NCBI GenBank assembly: GCA_028534125.1
Contig: CM052817.1
Location: 11,286,001-11,350,000 of the forward strand
Direction: 5' to 3'
Length of the DNA: 64,000 nucleotides
Source of the DNA: Lama glama
Taxonomy: Eukaryota
A program made the translations under genes and the position numbers. How positions within the stretch are numbered: position 1 is the stretch's first letter; every line of letters begins with the position of its first letter. The notes beneath the pieces are model-generated. The model had not been told where the DNA came from, did not search any database, and was given only the letters and a program-made list of their open reading frames with translations. This document shows, one piece after another, positions 51,180-63,318 of the stretch.

Positions 51180-53130
51180 GTAGCAGATATTTATTGAATG
51201 CATATTAAATGCCCAGCATTATTCTAGACTTAGAAAAAAAATAAGATAGGTAATGAAAAAACCAAAAGTTGCTTTCCTAAGAGAGCTTACATTTTAGAAG
51301 AAGAAACATATGATGAAAAATGAACAATATATAGTATGTCAGACAGAAAAAAGATAAAGCAGAGAAGGGGAATGAGGACTGGGAATAGGGAGAGGGAGCA
51401 GTTTGATTGAGAAAGACCTTACTAATAAGTCAAAATTTGAGCCATTACCAGAGGGAAATGAGAATGAGCCATGTAGATATCTTGGTAAGACGTTTCCAAA
51501 GAGAGGGAAGGCGGGGAAGGGGCCATGCAGTAGGCCTCTGCTTCTTGTGTTCAGGGAGCAGGAGCTCATATGGCTAGGTCAGACTGGGCAAAGGGAGACT
51601 AGTAGGAGAATGGGTTTGCAGGCAGCAGAACAACCATGTCTTCTAGAGACTTACGATCTGTAAAGATGCGGCTTTCACAGCGAATGAGATGGGAAGGAAT
51701 GGGAAAATTTTGAGTAGAGGATTTTTATAATCTGACTGGATGAAATGTTGGTGTAGACCAAGGGTTGGCAAACCTTTTCTATAAAGGGCTAGAGAGTAAA
51801 ATACAGACTTTAGACCATATGGTCTGTCTGAACTACATCTCTGCTGTGATAGTGTGAAAACATCCATAGATGATACATAAACAAATAAGAATGATTGTAG
51901 TTCAATAAAGCTTTATTTATGGACCCTGAAATTTGAATTTCATATAATTTTAGCATATGATGAGATATTATTTTTTAACCATTTAAAAATGTACAACTGT
52001 TCTTCCCTTGGAGGCTGTATAAAACAGGCAGCAGACAGGATTTGGCCAATGAGTCATAGTTTGCAGATCCCTAATATTAACTATAGGGATACAGATTAGA
52101 AAGCAGAGAAGGTCCTACATAAAGAAGATACTACAATAATCCAGCAAAGAGATCATGGTGACTTGGACCAGTGTTGTGCTTATGGGAGTCATGAGAAGTG
52201 GTAATATAAATTTGGAGATGATGTCTGTAGAATTTGCTGAGGAGTCTGATGTGGCATGTGAGAGAAGGAAGTGGAATAAAACTGAGGATTTTGTCCAGAA
52301 TAACTGAAAAGATGGAACTGCTCTTTCCTGTGAGGGGGAAACAGAGGGATAGGTTTTATGGCAGGTGGGTGAAATAGGAGTCCAGTTTGGGGCATGGTAA
52401 GTTTGAAGTTTGAGGTTCAAGTGGATATATTGAATAGGCATTTGTATCTGAGTTTGGAGATAGGAGAGAAGCCCAGTCTGGGGAGATGAATCTAGAAGTC
52501 TTTATTCTATAATAGTATCCAGTGCCTAGAGACTGGATGTTACCTGACAAATGATTATAGATTGAGAAGAGATCTCAACTTTGTACTTCCCTGGGGCTCA
52601 GGCAACATTAAAAGTAAGGGGGATGAAGAAGAAGCAGTTAAGACTAAGGTGAAGTTGACAGTAAGGAGAGAGTATGATGTCCTAGAAGGCAAGTGAAGGT
52701 GATTTTTAAAGAAACTAGGATGACCCAACTGTCTAATGCTGGTGACAAGTTGATAAGGATTCACAGTGGACCATTTTAGGCAAGTAAGGAAGTGTTTGGT
52801 GACTTTCACACGAGTAGTTTATGTGGAGGGCAAAGCCTAGTGGAGTGAGCTGAAGTGAGAATTAAGAGAGAGGAATTGGAGACAGCCAGTGTAGACTGCT
52901 CTTTCACGATTTTATTTTGTTAGGAGTAACAGAGAATTGGAGTGGTAGCAAGAGAAATATGGGGTAAAAAGAAAAGAGTCTTGGTTTTGTTTGAATGTTT
53001 CTTAAGATGGAGAAAATTATAGCATGTTTGTATCCTAAGGAGAATGACCCATTTGAACGGAAAACTGACAATATAGGGAAGAGAGAAGAGCTGCTAGAGT
53101 GCTACTGGTAGACAAGGGGGGTTAAATCTA
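51180..53130 (-). mobile_element. L2 fragment
   Basis: Antisense L2 3' end (atatttattgaatgc..tgcccagcatt) and long purine-rich body (tttgaggttcaagtggatat..ctgagtttggaga). Confidence 0.7.
51759..52073 (+). mobile_element. MER58B-like element inserted in L2
   Basis: caagggttggcaaaccttttctataaagggc..gaaatttgaatttcatataatttt..catagtttgcagatccc. Confidence 0.8.
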
Positions 53131-53389
53131 GTGCCCCGGGGGATGCATTTGACCTTTTAACTTCTTTGGCTGTCTGTTTTTAACATTTGGGCCTAGCTTA
53201 ACTTGGAAAATAAACCTCCCTTCACTTCCCCATGTAAAAAGACAGTGTGATTTGTATAGCATCTTGGTGTTGCCAAATGTGATAGGATGAAAAAGCTGCA
53301 AGGAGTTGTAGTGTGAACTACCAACAGGTAGATGGGAGTGCTTTGTGTTCGCCTTGAAAATAACATGCGACATGGATTATCATTTTCAT

Positions 53390-53560
53390 GAAGATTATTT
53401 TAAAAGACTGAAGTCAACCAATAGCTGATTTTTCTCCCAACATTAATGAAGCATCCTTTAGTGTTGCTTATGACATTGCCAAGAAAAAGAAAATACACAA
53501 TTAGAGAGAACTTGGTAGTCATGTGTTTTGGAAATGGTCAAACTGCTTGTGGCTTGTGTC
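53390..53560 (+). mobile_element. hAT-Charlie transposase remnant
   Basis: Translates EASFSVAYDIAKKKKIH, resembling the Charlie/Buster motif EASYxVAxxIAKxKKPH, then frameshifts. Confidence 0.55.
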
Positions 53561-54576
53561 AAAAATATGTAAAAAAATTTTTATTGAGAGCTATTGCTAT
53601 CCAGTAAGGGACTGGGCAGGGCGTGAAAAACCAAGATGCTCTTGAGAGAGTAGCATGTTTAGAATTTGTAGAGAATAGTCATAACAGTACCTTCTCATAA
53701 ATAAGCATTTGACTTTGGTGGATATGCAAGTTTTGCTATAAGAAAATGTGAAATAGATGTGTCTTGAAATTTCCTTCAAAGTTTTGTAATTTTGAGCCAT
53801 TTTTCTTTATTCTTTAATTTGACCAACTTGAAGGTGATTTTTATTTATTCTAAAGGCTAAGCTATATAGCCAAGTAGTTTGTTGATTACCAAAATTTAAG
53901 TTAGAATATAATATGTCTCTTCGTAAGAGAAATATTCAACTCTTTTTTTCATAGCTTTGAAGTTTGATATGTAGGAATTCAGTTTTCTTAACTCAGGATA
54001 GACACATAAAAACTGCTAGGTTTTATGGTTCACTTCCTTTTATAAAGGAGTTCAGTTCATTCAAAGCTGAATTCACTGTTAATGAAATCTGAATATATTG
54101 AGCTAATAAGAAAAATTTATCTTTAATGAAACTTCATAACCTACAGGAATACTGATGTTCTAATGAATGCTTTTCATCAGTTATAATGCAATGTTTTTAT
54201 CTTGATAGATGGCCCCTAACAATTCTAATATATTGAACAGTTTTTCTAGATCTTAAAAAATGGCAAAATCATAATTGAACATGTACATTTTAAATATATG
54301 AAGGGGACAAATAATATAATTCAGCTTGACTCTAGTTCAGGAATATTTTTGACTGAAGGTGAACTTTTTCTGAAGGAAATATAACTAAATGTTATGGTAC
54401 AAATAAATAAAAACTGTAACTTTAAAATGAAGATTTTAATTGTTTTGAAAAATATTACATAAACCTGCTACCATTGTTGAAATTAGACTAAGAATAAGAT
54501 ATTTGTTAATTTCATGTGGTGTAAACAGAATAAAAGTATACTTAATTTACTTTTGGTGGGGAATGTTTCAATTTAG

Positions 54577-54804
54577 GTTTTGCAAATTGATGATGTGACA
54601 ATAAAAATAAGTGCTTTAAAGGCAATCTTTGACCAGCTGATGACATTTGGATTTGAACCATTTAAAACTAAAAAAATCAAAGCCCTTCAAAATGAAGGGA
54701 CAGAAATAAACACTGATGAAGAGCAAGAGTCAGAAGAATCTGAAGAAGAGTCTGCTACAGCCAAGAATGTTTTGAGACTACTTTCTGATTTCTTAGATAG
54801 CGAG
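54577..54804 (+). CDS. NCAPG: NCAPG exon 14
   Basis: ttag|VLQIDDVTIKISALKAIFDQL...LLSDFLDSE|gtaaga; 228 nt. Confidence 0.95.
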
Positions 54805-55237
54805 GTAAGAAATAATCGTAGCCCTATTATTATGAAATGTCATTTTCAGCATGTGTATGTTTATACTGTTTATATTTTTAGGCTGAAATTCATGTTGGCC
54901 AACATTTAAACAGTTTGCCTTTTGAATATCATAATTAAATCCTACTTTCCCTTCTGATATACCTCATTTCTTACTATCAAATTACATGTATAGAGAATTG
55001 ACGTGTAAACAACCATGAAATGACTATTGGGGTGTTGTTACTTTTTCATCTTTTTTTCTCTGTCTTTGTGATCTATGACTTAAAAGTTTTTTCCCCAGGA
55101 GTCTTAAATAATTTAAAATAATTTTAACATTGTGTAAGTGGAAGTTCTAAAATACAGTGTGTGATTAATCTCTTTCCTTAAGGTTGTCATGAACTACATT
55201 TTTATACCATATATAAACATTTAAATTATAAATTTTT

Positions 55238-55745
55238 TTATTCAGGTGAAATTGACATAGCATAAACTAACAATTTTAGAGTGAGCGATTCATTGACAGT
55301 ACATTAACAAGATAGTTCAACCACTGCTTCTATCTAATTTTTAAGACATTTTCCTCATACCAAAAGGAAACTACCCATTAGGCAGTTGCTGTCGATTTTC
55401 CAGCCCCTGACAACCACCAGTGTGCATGTTGTCTCTATGGCTCTAACTCTTCTGGATATTTCATATAAATGGAATCATAAAGTGTATGACCCTGTGTCTC
55501 TTTCTTTCACTTAGCTTGTTTTCAAGGCTCATTTATGTTGTGGCTTATGTCAGTACTTCATTCCTTTTTACTGCTGAACAATATTCCATTTTATGTATAT
55601 AGCCGTTCATCCCTTGAAGGATATTTGGGCTGTTTCCACCCTTTGACTATTGTGACTAGTGATGCTATAAGATGTGTTTGTCTGAGTAGCTGTTTTCAAT
55701 TCTTTGGGGGTGTATTTCTAGAAATGAGATTTCTGGGTCATATAT
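55238..55745 (-). mobile_element. Old L1 3' fragment
   Basis: ttctggatatttcatataaatggaatcata..tttcacttagc..ggctgtttccacc. Confidence 0.75.
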
Positions 55746-56672
55746 TAATTTTTTTTTTGTTGTCTCTAGGATTCTGTCCCTGCTCCTGGTCTCAACTAGA
55801 TGATTAACGCATCCTCATATATTTATCTTTTTTTTTTAAGTGAGAAAATTTAAGTTCTACTCTCAGCAAATTTCAGTGATATAATAGTGATCAGCTATAA
55901 TCACCATGGTTTTACATTAGGTCTCAGGAACTTATTTTTCCTTCCTCCCTCCCTCCCTTCCTTTTCATATAATAGAACTTAGAATCATAACTGAAAGTAT
56001 ACCCCTTTAATATCTCCTTTTTGTGTATGAAAAAACTGAGGCTAATACAAAGAAATTAAGTAATATATATATAGGACTGGGTCACGCAACTAGGAAGCAG
56101 AGGCTTGGATTTAATTCTCTGTCAATAACCAGTATTTTTAACTACCACTCATTTATACCTGTACCTCCATCTGAATACCACGACATCTTCTTTCCCATTT
56201 TCTTCTCTAGGTTTGTTTTGGTTACTCTTTCTCAGAATACCTTTTCCCACTTGTTCACCTTTTGTTCACATTTTACCCCTCATTCACACACACTGCCACT
56301 CTCGCCTCTGGAGCTTTCATTTCTAGGCCTTCTCTGATAGCAGAGACCATTGCTGACGGCTTTCTATATCTTAGCACCATGATAGTGTTTAATATATATT
56401 GTTTTGATTTTTGGTTTTACAATATTATGAGATATTTTGGTTCTTCTAAAGAATTTAAAGGGAATTGAAGTTTCATAGCTAGACTAATTTGTCATATTAG
56501 CCTAAACCTAATAGGGGGAAACAAAATCTTTGTATGTGCCTTTAAAAAATTACTAATATCATGAGTGATTTTGGGTAATTTATGTAAAAATACCATAGGA
56601 CAGGCTACAGTGCAAGGCTTAAAAAGGAAGTACAAATAAAAAATTTCTTTTAACGAAAGTCATTTTTATTAG

Positions 56673-56854
56673 GTGTCTGAACTCAGGACAGGAGCTGCAG
56701 AAGGACTAGCCAAGCTGATGTTCTCTGGGCTTCTGGTCAGCAGCAGACTTCTCTCTCGCCTTGTCTTGTTGTGGTATAACCCTGTGACTGAGGAGGATGT
56801 TCGACTCCGACACTGCTTAGGCGTGTTCTTCCCCATGTTTGCTTATGCAAGCAG
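56673..56854 (+). CDS. NCAPG: NCAPG exon 15
   Basis: attag|VSELRTGAAEGLAKLMF...VFFPMFAYAS+AG|gtatat; 182 nt. Confidence 0.96.
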
Positions 56855-57126
56855 GTATATAGTCATATTGATAAATCAAAATCTGACTTAAGTTCAGGCT
56901 CCCCATGACTCATATCTAGTTTGTTAACTCTTTTCTTCCAGTGGTAAGTAAGGAAATGAGAACTTACTAGATTCTACCTACCTGAATTATTTTGTTCTTT
57001 CCTAAACATGTACTCCATCTTGATGGGGTGATTTTGATATATAATGGGGTTTTTTGTTTATTTTGTTTTGTTTTTTTAAGAATCATGCTTTTTCTTGCTA
57101 ACATACTTCAAATTATTTTTCAATAG

Positions 57127-57301
57127 GACTAATCAGGAATGTTTTGAAGAAGCCTTTCTTCCAACTCTACAAACACTGGCTAATGCCCCGGCATCTTCTC
57201 CTTTAGCTGAAATAGATATCACTAATGTTGCTGAGTTACTTGTAGATTTGACAAGACCAAGTGGATTAAATCCTCAGGCCAAGGATTCCCAAGATTATCA
57301 G
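57127..57301 (+). CDS. NCAPG: NCAPG exon 16
   Basis: aatag|G+TNQECFEEAFLPTLQTL...KDSQDYQ|gtgggt; 175 nt. Confidence 0.96.
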
Positions 57302-57484
57302 GTGGGTGAGTGTGTTAGCCTGTGTATGGATGGTAAGGATGGTACCCTGCATGCAGGTTACTGTTGTTTTGGTAAAATAATCCCTCTCATAGATTCTTTG
57401 AAACAGAGAAGCTACATGTTGATCTTAGGTTTCTGGTTTATATGGTGGCACATAACAAAGTAAACAAGAAACACAGATCTTTTG

Positions 57485-57856
57485 CAGCTACATGGGTAGA
57501 CCTAGAGGGTATTTTGCTTTGTGAAATAAGCCAGACAGGGAAAGATAAATACTATATCACTTATATGTAGATTCTACAAAGTAAAACGAATGAATATAAT
57601 AAAAACACAGATACAGAGAACAAACTAGGGGTTACCAGTGGGGAGTCAGAAGAGGGGAGGGACAAGATAGAGATAGGGGGTTAAGAGGTACAAACTGCTA
57701 TGTAAAAAATAAATAAGCAAGAAGGATATATTCTACAGCATAGGAAAACACATATTTTTTAATAACTTTAAATGGAGCATAATCTATAAAAATATTCAAT
57801 CACTCTCTTGTACATTTGAAACTAATGTAGTATTGTTGGTCAGCTATGCTTAAAAA
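57485..57856 (+). mobile_element. L1 3' UTR insertion
   Basis: catgggtagacctagagggtatt..gagaacaaactaggggttaccagtgggg... TSD agatcttttg (57475-57484, 57857-57866). Confidence 0.88.
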
Positions 57857-58999
57857 AGATCTTTTGGGAAATGGAGAGATCATCATATAAAAACAGAAGT
57901 AATCAATGCTAACATTTTTGCTGCTGAAAAGAAGTTATCAAAATTCATCATCCTCATTGCCTGCTCCTCACCTACCACTGGCTGTTAATCATTCTGAATA
58001 ATGAACTTATGTAGGACTCATTGAGTCCTCAATTGTTGGTTTACCTGCTGTTTCTGATAGAAGGAGAATTCAAAGAATGAAACTCATCTCAAGCTTAGTC
58101 TTGTTTTTAATACAAAGAAGATAAATTGAGTGCATACTCTCCCACAAATTAAACGTAAGCTGGTTTTTAACCCTTTAATATCACCTGATCAGACATTCAC
58201 CATGTTGAAAATTAATGTGTTATTAATGATTTTAGATGCCAACTGATTAAGTTGAAAGTACTGGTCTTCTGTTTTAATTGATATTTAGTGGCTGCATACT
58301 TCATTCAAGTTATTACGTTACATATCATTGGAAAGAAGATTATAAATGATATTAAAGCAAAATACAGTAAGGGTCAGTGATACAGCTACAAAGCACTTTA
58401 GCACTCCAGAAGATGGCAGGGTTCATGTGGGAGGGGTGATGAGTACAGCATTATTAGTTCTAAAACTCACCCAGTAAAATTTACTTAGGCCTTGTTGGGA
58501 TTTGGGGAGTGATTTGGAGAGAGAAAAAGACTTTTAGTAAAGGTGACTAAATGTAGCTGGTTGTCCAAGTCATGTTGGGGAACTACGGGAAACATCATTC
58601 CAGCTGAGGATCCTGAATGGGCTCTTAGGGCAGAACATTAGGATAGGGAATTTGGAGTTGACACTATTTGCATGGTGTATATAAAAGGGTTAATGGAATG
58701 AAAGTTACTTATTAGGAAGGTTGATTTGGTGGTCAGTGTTATTAGGTGAGGTGAATTGGTAAGAGGAGTAGAAAGAGAATATTAATAAATAAAGCAGCTA
58801 AAAATCTGTATAATTAGGAGATAAACGTTTACAGAAAAAGAGTAAAAGGAAGTAGTAGTGAAAGCAGAAAGAAAAAAATAGCAGAAATTGACATAGAAAA
58901 AAGTTGCGGGTACAAAAGCCTAGAAGATAGAGCTTTGTGAGGCAAGGAAGATGGAGGAATCCAAGATAACTCTGAGGTCCTAAGTGAGGGTGACAGAAG

Positions 59000-59390
59000 A
59001 CCTCAGAGAAGCTGTGGACATTAGGGCATATGCTCATGATCAGCGTCTTGTAGGAGTGGAGGAAACAGGTTGGGCAGAGGAAGAAGTTGAACTGTCCTGT
59101 AGTCTTAAGGTTCTAGCTCATCTCACAGGAAGTTCTGAAATTGGGACAGTCCTTTGCTTTGTCCAGAATTGAGAAAGGGCTAGGCTGTTGTACCTGTGTA
59201 TCTACCAGTTGCTGAAAGTGGACTAACCCTTGGGGAGGAGGTGTGACCTTGCACAGAGCAAGATCATTGTCCTCAGCCTGGATCAGTTCTGTATCTGGGA
59301 ACTCTAGCCTCCAAAACTCTGTAGCCTGGAGAATGAATGGTCCATTAGTAAAGGGGGTGGACCTAGGCTCTGTACCACAGCATCTGCTAC
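59000..59390 (-). mobile_element. Ancient ERVL-type LTR remnant (LTR40-like)
   Basis: ggttgggcagaggaagaagttgaactg..gtccagaattgag..gtgtgaccttg resembles a recalled consensus. Not verified. Confidence 0.4.
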
Positions 59391-59544
59391 AAGAAGGGGA
59401 ACGTGTTTGGGGAGGAATATGTTAATTTGGTTTTAGACATTATGTATTTGGAACTATGGCAAGATAGTTGGAAATGTCTGATGTGTAAGCTGTATTGGAA
59501 TCATATCATTTCAATTTACAAGGATTTTTCTCTTGATTTTCTAG

Positions 59545-59706
59545 GCCTTAACAGTGCATGACAACCTGGCTATAAAAATTTGCAATGAGATTCTAACGTG
59601 TCCATATTCACCAGAAATTCGAGTCTATACGAAAGCCTTGAGTTCTTTAGAACTCAGTAGCCATCTTGCTAAAGATCTTCTGGTTCTGTTGAATGAGATT
59701 CTGGAG
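59545..59706 (+). CDS. NCAPG: NCAPG exon 17 (GC donor)
   Basis: ctag|ALTVHDNLAIKICNEIL...LLVLLNEILE|GCAAGT; 162 nt. Confidence 0.93.
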
Positions 59707-59942
59707 GCAAGTAGTTTCTAGTTCCTCTTAATGTGTGTATATTTTTATCAAAGTAGAATTTACATAGTTTTATTAATATTTATACATATATTAGCACATT
59801 GTGACTTTGCTCATTTGAGGTAAATATTTCCTTCATAAATTTACTAGAACTTCTAGAATATTTTTAAACATCTTTATCAGTATATAGCTTTTTTGAAAGA
59901 AGATTAGAAAATGCTGCATTAAAAAAATGTTTTCTATTACAG

Positions 59943-60081
59943 CAAGTAAAAGATAGAACGTGTCTGAGAGCTTTGGAGAAAATCACGATTCAGTTAGAAA
60001 AGGAAAATAAAGAGCATGGTGACCAGGCGGTAGCAGCGCAGGGTGACGGCGCACCTACGGCTGCTTTTCACAGTGAAGGTG
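59943..60081 (+). CDS. NCAPG: NCAPG exon 18 (alternative end at 60078)
   Basis: ttacag|QVKDRTCLRALEKITIQLEK...FHSEG+G|gtgaca; 139 nt, ends phase 1. Confidence 0.9.
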
Positions 60082-60470
60082 GTGACAACATGGTGACCCG
60101 AGTGTTTGTGAGACTGTCCTTTTCATCTTTACTGAGACACACTGTTCCTCCTCTACATGGGATTGGATATCAGAAATGAAAGAAGTTTTTCTAATTAACC
60201 CCTTGGGAAAGTATATTACTGATAAGTGTTTATTATACTTTTATAGTTTTTTGGGTACATTTCTTACCACATGACCATGTGTACTATGTTCTTAGGAGTT
60301 TTGCGTGCTTATTGTCCAGTGTGCACATATTTTGGAACATGGATTTATGAAAAATGTTCTATAGCTAGTATTGGGACTGGTCATCATTTCTGTTTTATGA
60401 AAAATTGATCACTTAAAATATTTCATGAAGCTATTGTTAATTTACATTGTTATGTTATTTCCTTTAATAG

Positions 60471-60554
60471 AAAAGAATAAAGAAGTATATGTAACTCCTG
60501 TTAAGGATGTAAAAACAACCCGAACGAAATCCACTCAGCAAAAGACTAACAGAG
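60471..60554 (+). CDS. NCAPG: NCAPG exon 19
   Basis: taatag|(E)KNKEVYVTPVKDVKTTRTKSTQQKTNR+G|gtaacg; 84 nt; contains a TPxK CDK consensus. Confidence 0.93.
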
Positions 60555-62135
60555 GTAACGTACGAATTGACTAACTTTCTGATAAAACTGTTCATTTTGT
60601 TTTCCAATGAAATACTTTGTTTCCTTAAGGATAAAGATTTTGTGATGTCTTAGGTGTCCTTAACTTTCTTTTTGATTTGTTTTAGCTGATACTAGGTTTT
60701 GCTTTGCGTCTAAAAGACATTAATATCAGTGTTGCTCCAAGTGCTTTTGACGGAAAGAAATATGATGCAAAAGATCATGTTGCAAAGGAAGATTAGTGTT
60801 AAATTAAGATTGTTATTATCAAATGATCAATGATAATTTTATATATTATCACTTACTTCTGTTCTATCCTGCAGATGATTAAGCATTTTTTGTCTCTTTT
60901 GCCCTCCTAGTATTTTTCTGGGCTTCTGTTTTCCTTTTTCCCATTTCATTTCATTTTTCCCAGCGTAATTTATTTCCCAAGGGATATCCAACAATAGGAG
61001 ATTTGTTGGAATAAATGTTGACTTTAGGAGATCACTTAGAAAAATGTCTGAAATTTAAGGTCTTTTTATTGTTTTATTATTTTCTTATTACAAAACAATG
61101 CATGCCTATTACAGGAGAATCAGAATATACACCCAAGGAGACTAATATAAAGAATGCGAGTAATTCCACCCATGAACTATTATTTTACTTCTTGAAAAAA
61201 TATTTTTGAGGCTCTTTTCTCTGGAGACATAATTTTTTCCTAGATGGAATCTGGCCATAATACTGTTTTGTAGCCAATCAATTATTTAAATGCTAATTGC
61301 TGGGTATTGTTCCACATTCGTCCCATGTTGTTTAGTCCCACATTGTTAAATGTTTTCCTGGGGATAACTGTCTTAGAAGTTTACAAGCAAATATGCAAAG
61401 TTGGAAGAAAACAAAGTCACCTGAATAGGGTATATAAATTTCAACCAAATGATCATACTGAATAATTTGGTTTTGATCAGATTGCTTTTAGTCAGATATA
61501 CCATGAGAATTCCACTTTTTTTTTTCAGTAGCTCAGACTTTAATTATATGTGCTGTTTTATTTCTCATAAATGAGGAGCATCACAGGCCAAACTTTGCTT
61601 CTTAACCTTTTAAATTTCTAGCAAGTAGAATTTTTGTAACCCCTCCAGTATATAAAGGCTTTAATCTTTATACTGAAGTGTTTTAGAACATACATTTATA
61701 TTGACCATGTATATGTTTGAATATTTTACAAGTCATTACCTTACTGATTAAAGTTCTGTTTCTTTAGGACCTGTTTTGCAGGGTTAACACATCTAACATT
61801 AATTTTCATTGGTTTCTTCATACAGTTTGTGTCATAGGGGTACTTTCTTTAACATGTTTTTCACATGCTTCTTTCCCCCAAATTAACAAAAATTTGCCTC
61901 CTTATAACTCAGTTTCCGTATACTCCTTTGCCTATTATCAGAGCTTACAAAAGAAATTAGTAAAATTTTAATCTTACTTGGGTTCGTTTTCTCTGTGGTG
62001 TTAATAATTTATATAAAGGTAGCAAGGAAATAGGAGAAAATGTGTTGAAGAGGGAAAATAAAGGATTTGAGTAGCACAGAAAATAGATTTTTAAATGAGC
62101 AACTGATAATTGATAATGAATTATTTGTCTTTAAG

Positions 62136-62205
62136 GACGGAGAAGAGTGACAGCTTCAGCTAGAGTGAACCGGAGACGTCAGACTGCTGAGGCTGACTCT
62201 GAAAG
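62136..62205 (+). CDS. NCAPG: NCAPG exon 20
   Basis: ctttaag|(G)RRRVTASARVNRRRQTAEADSE+AG|gtatgc; 70 nt; AAG acceptor. Confidence 0.92.
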
Positions 62206-63137
62206 GTATGCCATGCATGTGTAGAATATGTTTTTTTAATTTATATAGAAGTAAAAAAAAAATTGTAGTTTGCTTTTACTGTGAAAGAGCAGCTCCATAT
62301 GCAACAAGATAATCCGTGACAACGGTGAGAGCTTTCTAGATAATGTGCCCTGGAGCACTTGACTTCTTACGGCTTGTGTGTTTTTCCTGTCCATGGGCAT
62401 GGCCTTTAGTACTAGGTAGTCATTTTTATAATACCTTCTTCCAAATTGTTTTTCCATATATTCCTCTAGTTACAAGATAATGTATGTGTGATTTCTCTGA
62501 TCTTGAATTAGCAAATTACTGAGGTTTAGATTTGGGTTCTCTACATTTATAATGGTAGAATAATTCTGCCTGTAATTTGGGCAATATTAGTAGTATAGTG
62601 TTATTTTTGGTTTCTGCCAATAAGCTCTTGTAGGAAGCTGAATGTTTACAGCTGTCTGGTATTCATTCATTCATTCATTGGTACAGTATATATATTTTTA
62701 GTATATAATTTTAAGTTTTGACTAAATTTAAAATACCTTTTGGGGAAACTTGCTGTTTACAGTGTTTTAGGAATTTATTGCTTAAATAAACAGAACTTTT
62801 TTCTTCCACTTCTTGAGTTCCCCCCAAAACTCTTGGGTAGTTGTTATGGTCCTTATTTGTTTGTAAGCTTCCTTATAGAAGTTTGGATTTTTGTCTTTTT
62901 TCCTGTATAACACCAGGTTCCAGTAGATACAAAAAGAAATTAGCTAGATTCTCCATGACTCACTTTGCTGGATAGCCAGTCAGGTTTTTTTGGTTTTAAG
63001 ATTTTAGTTTTAAGCTTAGTGGAATCGGGATATCAATCACACACTGATAGACAGTCAGAAACAAAAACAGTTTTATTTATAAATAAACTGGTTTTAAAGC
63101 TTGTATTTAAATTGGTGTATTTTCAACATCTGTTTAG

Positions 63138-63261
63138 TGATCATGACGTTCCAGAGCCAGAATCAGAAATGAAGATGAGATTACCAAGACGAGCCAAAAC
63201 AGCAGCATTAGAAAAAAGTAAACTTAACCTTGCACAATTCCTCAATGAAGATGAAAGTTAG
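63138..63261 (+). CDS. NCAPG: NCAPG last coding exon (21)
   Basis: tttag|(S)DHDVPEPESEMKMRLPRRAKTAALEKSKLNLAQFLNEDES*; 124 nt, ends TAG. Confidence 0.96.
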
Positions 63262-63312
63262 AAGAGATGATGGAGGTGGACTCCTTTAAAATTATGTTCA
63301 GTTGTTTGCTTT

Positions 63313-63318
63313 AATAAA
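63313..63318 (+). terminator. NCAPG: Candidate NCAPG proximal poly(A) signal
   Basis: AATAAA about 50 nt after the stop codon. A second AATAAA is at 63952-63957. Confidence 0.6.

Noticed and set aside
47294..63261. NCAPG as a pseudogene or naturally truncated gene
   Set aside because: All visible exons are intact with compatible phases, and the only break coincides with an assembly gap.
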